Below are positions 24,154-35,415 of a stretch of DNA of 64,000 nucleotides, piece by piece. The position numbers and the translations under genes were made by a program. Location of the stretch: contig NC_043000.1 in assembly GCF_006345805.1 (NCBI RefSeq), positions 150,102,001 through 150,166,000 on the forward strand. Reading direction: 5' to 3'. The notes beneath the pieces were generated by a model. It did not search any database, was not told the origin of the DNA, and worked only from the letters and a program-made list of their open reading frames with translations. The DNA is from Octopus sinensis (taxonomy: Eukaryota). How positions within the stretch are numbered: position 1 is the stretch's first letter; each line of letters starts with the position of its first letter.

Positions 24154-24439
24154 CGGTGGTGGGGCGATAGAATGGTTGTATACTGTCAATCTAACACAAA
24201 CATGACAGTAAGGGGTTACACCACCGCTGTTTAGCCCTAGGAAGCATCGACGCCTCCTGATGGCTTTGACACATTTTTCCTGTGTCCCCCCTTCGTAAAT
24301 GTATATAAGGACACAGGAAAAATATGTCAAAGCCATCAGGAGGCATCGATGCTTCCTAGGGCTAAACAGTGGTGGTGTAACCCCCTATTGTCACGTTCAC
24401 GTTAGATTGACAGTATACAACCATTCTATCACACCATTG
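24154..24439. mobile_element. Foldback MITE with about 128-bp inverted arms (Tc1/mariner-like ends)
   Basis: Arms 24160-24287 and 24309-24436, 21-nt loop. Ends TA|CGGTGG and CCATTG|TT resemble degenerate TA|CAGTG termini. Confidence 0.75.
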
Positions 24440-24567
24440 TTTTTGTTTATGTGTATCCTAGGAAAGGTTACCTACAATAAGAAGAAAACATTTATGGTTA
24501 CAGTACCAAGCATTTGTTGAAGTTTAACCCAGATTAACATACAGATTATTCCTAAATATTCAAATTC

Positions 24568-24794
24568 CCGTGGCCGTTTGCCAGCTCCGTCTGGCACCTG
24601 TGCGGGTGACACGTAAAAAGCACCCACTACACTCACGGAGTGATTGGCATTGGGAAGGGCATCCAGCCGTAGAAACACTGCCAGATCAGACTGGGCCTGA
24701 TGCAGCCTTCTGGCTTCACAGACCCCCAGTTGAACCGTCCAACCCATGCTAGCATAGAAAGCGGACGCTAAATGATGATGATGATGATGATGAT
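24568..24794 (+). mobile_element. RTE 3' UTR terminus
   Basis: Shared UTR, terminal hairpin and (GAT)n tail. Confidence 0.85.
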
Positions 24795-26420
24795 CTTTAT
24801 TGCACTCCCAAAGAAGTCAGGAGTAGTGGACAGTGAAGAACATTGCACAGTTAGTCTCATGAGTCATGTTAAAAAGACTATTCTGAGAATTATACGTCTG
24901 CAGGTAAGAAGCAGAATAACACCCAGGATTGGAATTGAACAGTTTTGGCTTTGTAAGGATGCTGGTGCTAGGAATGCTATTTTTGTATTGAGAATGATAA
25001 CCAATCAGGCAGTGGAGATGCAAAAAGATACCTTCGTGTGTTTCATAGATTACATTACACAGAGGTCTTCAACAAAGTGAGAACCTTGATCTGCAAGGAA
25101 AAGACATCTGAATCTTGCTGAGTCTGTAATGGAACTAATCAACATGCATAAAGATGGATGAAGAATGCAGTGAGTACACTAGTATCAGGAGCAAGGTTGG
25201 ACAAAGATATGTTATATTAGATCTCTTCAATTACTACAGCAAATTGATCACAAGAGGACTGAAGAAGGAAAAATGTCTTAGGATGGGAGGCAGAAACATC
25301 ACAAGCATAAGTTATGCAGATGATGCAGTCTTACTTGCAGAGTCAGAAAAAGAACTGCTAAGACTTCTGGATATAGTAGTGAGATAAAGTGAGAGGGAAG
25401 GTCTGTTCATAAATTGTAAGAAAACAGAGTTTATGATGCTGAAAGTGAACACTCAAATCATTAAGCAGGTCTCATCCTTCACTTACTTTGGAGCTTTGAT
25501 CACAGAAGACACAAGATGTGTGAAAGAGATCAAAAGACAAATAGTGCTGGCAAAATCTACATTGTCAAAATTGTATAATATCTTGAGAAACCATATTCTG
25601 AGCATCAAGACCATGATCCATATATTGAACTGCTATGTCTACCCTGTGTTAATGTATGGAAATGTGGCAAAGTCTATAACACCAGAAATAAGAAAGTGCT
25701 TGGAGAGCAGTGAAATGTGGTTCTTAAAGAGAATATTGAGGATAGCATGGACAAAGTGTCTAATGAAGAAGTGATGGCCCGGGTTATGGTAAAAAGAAAA
25801 TTATTTCGTGAGATAAGGGCCACGATTCGGATGGTGCTTTTTACGTGCCACTGGCTTCCGTGCCGGTGGCACGTAAAAAGCACCATCCGAATCGTGGCCG
25901 AAGCCAGTGCCGCCTCGACTGGCTTCCATGCCGGTGGCACGTAAAATGCACCAATCCAACCGTGGCCGTTGCCAGCCTCGCCTGGTACCTGTGCAGGTGG
26001 CACGTAAAAAGCACCCACTACACTCACAGAGTGGTTGGCGTTAGGAAGGGCATCCAGCTGTAGAAACATTGTCAGATAAGGCTGGAGTCTGGTGCAGCCT
26101 TCTGGCTTCCCAGATCCCCAGTTGAACCGTCCAACCCATGCTAGCATGGAGAACGGACGTTAAACAATGATGATGATGATGATGATGAAGGGCTAAACAA
26201 CTGAGATTTCTTGGTCATGGATTAGGAAAAGGAGCCTGAAGAATTTAGCAATGACCAGAAAGATTGAGGCAAAAAAATGCAGAGGAAAGAAAAGGATGAT
26301 TTGGATGCCAGGCTTGACAAACTGGTTGGAAGAAAGAGTCATTAAACATCAGGAAGTGGAACTGTTACAGAAAACAATGAACAGAGGACATGATCGCTTA
26401 TGTCCTACATTCTGGACATG
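24795..26420 (+). mobile_element. Second RTE family (Bov-B-like RT), degenerate, interrupted at 25821-26187
   Basis: Peptides SLMSHVKKTILRII...AIFVLRMI...FVCFIDY, YADDAVLLAESE, FTYFGALIT...EIKRQI, and LFREIRA|KQLRFLGH across the insertion. Confidence 0.85.
25821..26187 (+). mobile_element. RTE 3' UTR insertion with AAGGGC TSD and 5' foldback
   Basis: aagggc at 25815-25820 and at 26188-26193; (GAT)n tail. Confidence 0.85.
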
Positions 26421-26922
26421 GCACCTGAAGAGAAAGGAATATCTCATAGGTCCAGAATTTCTTTGAACATTTCTTAATTTCTGAAGTCATGCACACACTC
26501 ATTTGTCAGTAGATATAGCTTGTAAGCCATAAAAAAGTGCCCAGTATATTTGGTAAAGTGGTTAGTATCAGAAATGGCATCCTGCTGTATAAAGCAGACT
26601 TTGGAGCTTGACACAGTCTCTGACTCATCAGTTCCTGTCAAACCACCTAACCCATGCCAAGATTGAAAGAAATCAATGTTAAATAATGACAATGATGATA
26701 AAGACAAAGAAACTAAAAGCCCTTTTATCATAAAATTCGTTTTAACCCTTATACATTGGATGATTCTGAAGAACAGCTTACCTGTTCATCATTGTCTTTT
26801 ATTATTTGGTTACAAATGTTGCTGTTATTAGCTCCTTTTATGTAGGATGTAATTTGAAGATTATTTAGCTGCTATTTCTATTAGGGCATGTGACCAGCTG
26901 TAGCTTTTCACATATGAATTAA

Positions 26923-27139
26923 CCCTTTTGCTACCAACCTGGCTGAAACTGGCTCTGGCTCTGAGTACAAATGTCTTGTTTTCATAAGTTTTGAATTAAA
27001 ATCTCCCACCAAACCTTAGTCACAATTTATGTTCCTAACACTAGCTGAATGATAACTAAGTTATTTTACTGAATTCTTTGTTATATTTAAAGTAACTGAA
27101 ACACAGAACATCTCAAAATAAATACAGTAACGAAAGAGT
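26923..27139. mobile_element. TTAA-type (piggyBac-like) MITE family 1
   Basis: ttaa|cccttttgctacc left end; reverse complement of 53929-54148; right end degenerate. Confidence 0.7.
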
Positions 27140-27569
27140 CCAAGTAATCTTGAGACAACTTTGAAACAAATTAAAATAAACTTGGAGCAAATAAAAACTT
27201 TTTTTCTAATGAAATAAAAGCCTTCAAACCCTGTTTCTGTTGCCTTAATCTAATCTATTATACTTAAGTGCTACTCATGCATTCCTCTGGTGTAAATTAT
27301 CTGTCACACTGGAAAGGGGAAAGTAAAAGTGTGTGTGCGATAGAGAGAAAGAGAGATTCAAGCAAACACCACTGGCACATACACACCATTACAAACACTG
27401 TTGGTGCACGCACACACACACACACATGCAACAATTAGCTGTATGTATGAGAAAGAGTGGGAGGGGATATGTGTGCACATAGCTACAGAGTTTTTCTAGT
27501 TATATTAATAACTATTTTCCTAACTTTCTTCATAAAAGATGTGTAATATTTCCTTGATACTGGTGTTAC

Positions 27570-28230
27570 TAACTATATATTATTACACACATGTGAGTGA
27601 GAACACTTTGAGATATTTTTGGTATCTAACACATGTCAGATACTGCGAGCACTGCTTCTGATTGGTCAATCCATGGTGATGACCCGGGGTCACGGTGATG
27701 GCACTACTTTTGTCATTCATAAGTTACAACTAAACTTCATTCATTACTTTCACGAGCAGGTAGAATGTAGCCATGTAATTAAACAAACATACTATCTTTT
27801 TTATACCAGATATCACTTAAAGTCATATACACATAAAATATAAACATTTCTGGTGGTAATTCAATTTTAAACAGTCATCAGTTATCAGTCATTTCACCTG
27901 AAAACTTAGCGCTATAAAATCGGACTATCTTCCTGCGGCATGACATCTTTTACAGTTACACATTGTGACGTCACTGACGTGAAATCAAGCTGTATTCATG
28001 CGCGCTTCAACACGATGTGAAGAATTTAGTTATTGGGTTAATAAAATATGGTCGTTTATTCGCGTGTAATAAATAAAATACCAAACTTATTCCCTATGGA
28101 TACCGTATTTATTACAACTCGTGGCTTGTAAACGTATCTAACTTGCTTTCGCTCGTTAGATACGTTTACAAGCCACTCATTGTAATAAATACGGTATCCA
28201 TAGGAAACTCGTTTGGTATTCTCTATATAT
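27570..28230. mobile_element. Putative non-autonomous DNA element with terminal 66-bp-arm hairpin
   Basis: CpG-richer than its flanks. Hairpin arms 28077-28142 and 28155-28220; internal tgattggtc and TGACGTCA. Boundaries are approximate. Confidence 0.5.
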
Positions 28231-28774
28231 CAAGTGCTTCAAGTATTTTATTGCCAAATGGGGTTTGGTGTGTTACAGCAGACAGGGATCATAGAACACA
28301 ACAGCAAGAATTCAATCAAGAGAGGTAGAGAAGATATAGGGAAAGCTTAGGAAAAGGGCAAAGAGAAGAAATGAGAATGAAGAATAAAGATTGGAAAATT
28401 GGGAACAAGAATCATTAACTCAGGAACAAAAGAATGAAATTTCTGCAAAAAATGGAGCTAGGTGCTATAATGATGAAGCTGAAACTAATAGATAAAGGAT
28501 AAGAATTGTTAATCAAGAAAGAAGGGAAAATATGAATGATGATGCTAGGCAAAAATATTTTGCAGAAACCAGAATGAGAAAGTATGAAAGAAGAGAATAG
28601 ACAAAATTTCTTAGTAATTAATCAAAGGATCATGAAGGAATTGACACCACTTTTTGGGGGATAGGGAGAATGTTTATGGTTTACACTGTGCTACAAAGCT
28701 ACAAAATGGGCTGCAGAACTTCCAAGAAGTAAGAAATTAATCCCATTTTAATTTTGATGGTTAATACTTCTTGA

Positions 28775-29490
28775 ATCATCATCATCATCGTTTAGTGTCC
28801 GTTTTCCATGCTAGCATGGGTTGGACGGTTCTACTGGGGTCTGTGAAGCCAGAAGGCTTCATCAGGCCCAGTCAAATCTGGCAGTGTTTCTACGGCTGGA
28901 TGCCCTTCCTAACGCCAACCACTCCGAGAGTGTAGTGGGTGCTTTTTACGTGCCACCCGCACAGGTGCCAGACAGAGCTGGCAAACGGCCACGAACGGAT
29001 GGTGCTTTTTATGTGCCACCGGCACGAGGGCCAGGCGAGGCTGGCAACGGACACGAAACGGGGCGGTGCTGGCAACGGTCACGAAACGGAAGGTTCTCTT
29101 ACATGCCACCGGCACTGGTAACACATCTGCAATTTCCATTGATCGATTTCCATTGATCGATTTCGATTCTGATCCTCACTTGCCTCAACGGGTCTTCACA
29201 AGTAGAGTTTCGACATGCCACCGGCACTGGTAACACATCTGCAATTTCCATTGATCGATTTCGATTCTGATCCTCACTTGCCTCAACAGGTCTTCACAAG
29301 TAGAGTTTTGTGTCCCAAGAAGGGAAGGTATGCATACGTAGGCTGGCTCCATCCCATGTAGAAGGCCACGGGTTATGGACTCACTTGTCCTGCCGGGTCT
29401 TATCACGCACAGCACACTTCCAGAGGACTCGGTCTCTAGTCATTTCCTCAGTGAGACCTAAAGTTCGAAGGTCGTGCTTCACCACCTCAT
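28775..29490 (-). mobile_element. RTE LINE 3' end, same subfamily as 3291-4044
   Basis: Shares the same internal duplication, including the doubled AAATCGATCAATGG. Confidence 0.9.
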
Positions 29491-29650
29491 GTATTAAAAT
29501 GTCTTTCATAAGTTTATGAGAGTCATCTGCTTTGGAAACTATAAAACACAGTTACTCTGGTTTACATCCACTTGCTCCAACGTAATAAATCTTCCACCAG
29601 GTGATTTGCTACAATTTTTTAGAGTATAGTCAAGCCGTACATTAAATGTG

Positions 29651-29980
29651 CATCTTGGGCAAGTGTCTTCTGCTATAGCCTCGGGCCGACCAATGCCTTG
29701 CGAGTGGATTTGGTAGACGGAAACTGAAAGAAGCCCGTCGTATATATGTATATATATATATGTATGTGTGTGTGTGTTTGTGTGTCTGTGTTTGTCCCCC
29801 TAGCATTGCTTGACAACCGATGCTGGTGTGTTTACGTCCCCGTCACTTAGCGGTTCGGCAAAAGAGACCAATAGAATAAGTACTGGGCTTACAAAGAATA
29901 AGTCCCGGGGTCGATTTACTCGACTAAAGGCGGTGCTCCAGCATGGCTGCAGTCAAAATGACTGAAACAAGTAAAAAGAG
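29651..29980 (+). mobile_element. SINE family A, 5'-truncated
   Basis: Begins at catcttgggcaagtg; body and tail match 5224. Confidence 0.9.
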
Positions 29981-30857
29981 GAAAAAAAAAGAGATTCACA
30001 AAGAGTTTTCGGTGTTAATTATGGACATCAATTTAGGCACTCAACAAGTGACATTTTCATATTCTATCTTCTTGACTTTGTCATGGACCTCTCCACAGTG
30101 CAAATGGGTTACATGGTCTCCACATACCCAATTATATGCTGTTTCTTCTCAACACCATATGCAACAGTGCATACATGTTATTTCCAAGTGCACACTTCTT
30201 GTATTTCTCATCCTCATCACTACCACCACCACCATGCTTCTTTCCTGTTTGTCAATTCATGAAATACCAATATTTGCAGGTTTTAACAAATTATCTTTGC
30301 TTTGAGATTGACTTTACTTTATCCACAAGTAAATGCAGTGTTGTAGTGACGTGATGAAATGATTTCAGATTTAAAATGATTCAGCATAAGCAATTTGAAA
30401 TACACATCTATGTTTTTTATCTAAACATCTGTTTAATTTGCTCCAAGATTATTTTAATTTGCATTGAGTTTATTGTAATTCACTTCAAGCTCTATCTTGC
30501 TTTGCTTTAACTTTATTTTAATTTGCTTCAAAGTTATTTTAAATTGTATCTGAAATAGTTACGAAGATTTCTCAATGTCTTATCAGAAAGTAATTTTTTA
30601 AGACCTGGCATCCATAATAATTTGGTCTCAATTTTGAGGCAACTTTTTTTTTTTAACAAAAAGATTCTGCAAGAGATGAAAAGAATGTTTTCTGACAGGA
30701 GAGGACATAGAATATTTTTTTTAATTAATTATATCAATACAAACACTAAGGAAAAAAAAAATAATAAAACAATATTTTGGTATGAGCAAATAAAGTTAAT
30801 ATCACTTAGAAATTGTTTCCTTTAATGTTTGCTAACTTATTTTCTATTCTTTTTTAG

Positions 30858-30948
30858 ACCTGAATTCAGTTTTCAAGAACACATACATGACTCTGATACC
30901 AATGTAGGAAAAAAACAGATACTAAAAAGAAATGGAAGTTTGGAAGAG
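30858..30948 (+). CDS. R3HDM1/2: R3H/SUZ protein coding exon 7 (PEFSFQEHIHDSDTNVGKKQILKRNGSLEE)
   Basis: Acceptor ttctttttttag and donor gtaagg. Phase 2/0. PE..F.EHI...ILKR matches the start of the SUZ region. Confidence 0.92.
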
Positions 30949-32122
30949 GTAAGGAAAACAACTTTATTTCACTTAGCAACATTTTGTGATTTTTTTTTTT
31001 TCATAAAAGAATGCTAAAAGCAAAATTTAAAAAAACATTTGAAAATAAAATATTTCAGTATATCAACCAAAAAAAGAAAAGTCTATCTTCTCAAAACAAT
31101 TTTTAATTATTCAAAGTAGTTGGCATTTTGTCTCATTGTATACAATATTTTCATATTTAATTTTTAGTTTTGCTCTGAACTTTTTATTATTAAGTTTACA
31201 TATAATGTTCAATAATGCTGTTGGCATACCTGTGCTATTTTTAATGTAAACTTACCTTACTTGTTAACTTTTATCCTTGTGTATTCTATCGTTAGTAGAC
31301 ATGTATCCACTTGGAGTAGATTGAATTCCATAGAGCCTTAAAATTCTTGCCATGCATAGCATGAAATAGCTTATTAATATCCAAATTAAAACATATTTTA
31401 CTCAAACTGTGAAATAATTATTTCATAAACTATTCGAATACTATTGACCTTTTCATTTATAAAATCATTTGAAATGATTGTACAATAAAATCAACATATA
31501 GTTTTATTAGAAATTTATATATTCTGAGTTCATAGCAATTTAAAGAACTCAAAATCATACCTCATTGGCATCATACAATTAAATTTGAATGAATAGATGA
31601 TTAACTAAAATCTCTTCATACTATTCCATTGGATTATTATTTTTATCATTATATTATGGACATATTACTTTACTTCATAGCAATGTCAACAGATACATGT
31701 TTACCGGCAATTCAGATGTTTAACCAATTTCAGTTTTAGTGTAATTATAAAACTTAATTTGAAGGTTTGTTTCAAAGCAATTAAGATAGTAATTCTCTAA
31801 AACCATGTTCCTTACGGAAAGATAGGAGTGAAGAACACATTAATGTATACTATTTATAGATACATTGATATTTCTTTAACATGCAAAATATTAGGGTGTC
31901 TTTTATTTACAGCAAAACTTTGAGATCACCATGTTTTTAGTTATTCAACTTCAGAAACTAGTTGTGCTCTTGATATGTATATTCAGTCAGTTATCTTTAA
32001 AACTCATGATGTAGGTACTTTTTTTATAGCCTTAAAAATTACTTTTCGTTCTTTATAAGGGATAGTGAATGTCAGTGTGTTGTTGAGCTTTTTGTCTGGG
32101 TACTGTGAGTGCTTGGAACATC

Positions 32123-32337
32123 TTTACCCTTAGATGCTGTGGTGGCTTCATACATTTCCTTCTGGATGCTATGGTGGCTTGATACTTCTACCTCTGGATG
32201 CTGTGATGGTTTTGTACGTCTGGATTCTTTGCTGGCTTTTAAAACTCAATGTTGTGGTGACTTTTACTTCTGGATGTTGTGATGGCTTTTACCTCTGGAT
32301 GTTGTGGTGGCTTTTATTTACCTCTAGATGTTGTCAT
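32123..32337. repeat. Degenerate minisatellite (about 7 units of TTACCTCTGGATGYTGTGRTGGCTT)
   Basis: Recurrent ctctggatg(c/t)tgtg(g/a)tggctt units with variable spacers. Confidence 0.75.
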
Positions 32338-33570
32338 AGTTAAATGATTTTTTTGGCATTACATTATCTGAGGTGCTTTTATTTTGTTGTATGTTAGTAT
32401 TTTAGTGAAGGATACTTCAGTAATTTAATCATTTAAGTCACTGTTGTAGCTTTACACATTTCAACTCAGCATATACTTTTGTTTCTGAATTCTGCATTGG
32501 ATATTTTTTTATGGATTGACAGGTGATTGACTGTAGCCTTCATCTTCAATGAACTAGATTTTCTTTGGAAACATCCTATTGTATATCTAACCTTGTCCAC
32601 AGATGAAATTGTTTTTTGTTTTGTGTTTTGTTTTTGTTATTTTTTAAGACAATAAACATTGTTGCTTGGTCCTGTTGATGTATGAAAATATACATGTGTA
32701 TTTTTAAAAGGTTCTTTTAGAATTAGTATCTTTATACTAGCTACTTGATGCCCATGTCACCATCTTGAAAAAGATCTGAGAGCTGCTGAAAGTAAACCTC
32801 TTATTGATTGGTCTTAAAACTGAAATCTTTACTCTTTGATGTCATACTTAAGAAACTATGTGATGATAACTTCCACAAGCGTTTATAACTGAACAAGTTT
32901 TTTAATGAAAATTACTTATATAAGTAATCTTATATAAAGATTTAAATAGGATTATTTTCAGTCATTGAAATTGTAGAACAGACATATAACTAACACAAAC
33001 ATTCTTAGAAAATATTGTATATATCTTATTTATATGCATATATATTTTTTTTTTTTTCAATATTGATGTAAACAAAATATAATACAGTTATTAACTATAC
33101 TGAAATAGTAAATCATTTATGTTTCTTGTCTCATAATTATGCAATGTATGCAAATTTCTCCTTTCATTGTTTTTTTTTTGTATATATATTTATGATTCCT
33201 TGTCTTGTAGAAATGTCTAAGGTTTATGATTGATTCCAGGATGTACTATGGAGCATATGGACTATGATATCAATTTAAGTTTATTATATATATTTATGAT
33301 ATATATATATATATGAAACTGTATAACTTTGAGATTAAACCTTTAATCCTTTCTTGTGTTTACCAATGGCTCTAACATCTTTGTCTTCTGTGCAAATCTC
33401 TTGATATAGATTTTATTTTTGCAATAGATAAGCTGGGTCTAATTGAGAAATTTCATATGTGAAAGTTGCTGTTTCAACTGCTATCTTTTCTTCAAACTGT
33501 ATGCTTGGTAATTACAAGAATCAACATTGCTAAATCATAAAGTCTTTAGAATTAAAAACGTACACATGCA

Positions 33571-33606
<36 letters not shown>

Positions 33607-33856
33607 CGTGTGTATGCGTGTGTGTGAATCTTCACCTTTGATAACTCCATGGATTATATTTCCTGTGAAATACAATGCTATATTTTGCATGAAACTTTAT
33701 AATAAGTTTCATCTGTTATTTTTTAACAAGTGTAAATAATAGTTAGCCAAGAACTGATTATTTTTCCCTTTTGTTCTTTTATCGACATCTAGAAGAGTAA
33801 CCAATCTATATTCTGTTATCATGGTTGCTATGTATAGAAACTAGTTATGTGTTCCA

Positions 33857-33857
<1 letters not shown>

Positions 33858-33948
<91 letters not shown>
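33858..33948. repeat. (CT)n microsatellite
   Basis: Direct reading. Confidence 0.97.
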
Positions 33949-33951
<3 letters not shown>

Positions 33952-35084
33952 GCACTTATACTACCATCTCTGCATTGCTTCTATTATTATTAACCATATA
34001 AATCTACCATGTAGTTAAAACAATTTATGCTAGCCTAGAATAACTGTTTTACAATCAATATGTTTATCATCAAGAGAAAACAAATGCTTGTTAGCTTTAC
34101 CAAATTTACTGAAATACTTATATACAAAATTTTTTTCCTACATTTTACCTTTTATGAATAAAGCAGATTTTTTTTATTAACAAGCAAAGTTTATTCAAAC
34201 AATATCTATCGTATATATATAATTCATATATGAAATACATGTTCTCTTACTCTTTTTGTGTGTGTGTGAGGGGCAATGGGGGAGGACAGCCAGACAGAGT
34301 TTGACAGAATTCAGTTTACTAAAAATTTGAACTGTTTGTTTTTTATTCAACATAGAGCAGATAAATTTGTTTTGAAAGTCATTTTATTGTATGGGTTAAC
34401 AAATGGATTTTTTTTTTTGCCTTTTGATTCATCACTATTATTTTATGATTTTAAGGAATAATTAAGCAAGTTGGCTTTCAATAAAATATCAAGCTTCGAA
34501 ATTTCATAGTAAGATTAAAATGTTTATGCTTTTAAATGATACTTTGTTTTTCCTTGAAGCATCACTCTTGAAAACAAACGTTTTATTATTTTTGTATATT
34601 AAACTATGTGTTAATATATCAGAATGATATGATAATATTCAGTAAAAGACAGTTAGGTATTTTCCAGTGACATGGAAGTGAAACAGCTAAACCTTTTTGC
34701 CAATTATCTTTGCTATTAGAGATTTCATTATTTTGTCTAGAAACTCATTAACCTATTTGTGATCTTATTTCTGATGAAATAACGTCTCTATATTTTCAAT
34801 TAATATATTAATATTAATAAAGAAAAAAATTGGGGGCAGTTTCATAAAATAACTCCTTTTGTCCATTCTTAAGCTGTATTTGGATCAGAACTTTAAAAGT
34901 TCTTACTGAAATTATTATGAAAACATGATTTATATATGTGAGTTTTAAAACAGGAGGATTTGTATCAAAGAACAAATGATAGTTTGTTAAAAATAGAGTT
35001 AAAAAGGAAGATACTGTCTAGATTGTAACATAAAAGAATGAAAATAGCAAAATGAAAAAGAATAAAACAGAAAAAACACTTTCA

Positions 35085-35415
35085 TTATAATAATAATAAT
35101 AATAATGAAATTATTGTATACAATGCTCAGGTGCACCACAACTTGTCAAAAGTGCATATAAAGCATATGCAGTAATGTACAAATGTCTGGAAAGCAAACA
35201 ATGCATGAGTCAGATACATGCTTGTGTGTGTATGGAGGGGAGAAAATCAGGTGTAGTGTTGGCGAATCTCAGGAAGCATGGAAGTTTTGAAGGATGCAGT
35301 GCTCCGACAACTAACAACTGATGCCGGCAGTTTGTTCCATGCTTCAGCAACTCTCAGCGTGAAAAAATGTTTCCTGAAGTCATGGGAGCTGTGCTGTTTT
35401 CTGACTTTGTAAATA
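35085..35415 (-). mobile_element. CR1-type LINE 3' end with (TAT)n tail
   Basis: Homologous to 12843-13060. Confidence 0.75.

Noticed and set aside
33793-33796. 4-nt microexon (ag|AAGA|gtaacc)
   Set aside because: It would shift the frame and the donor is weak.
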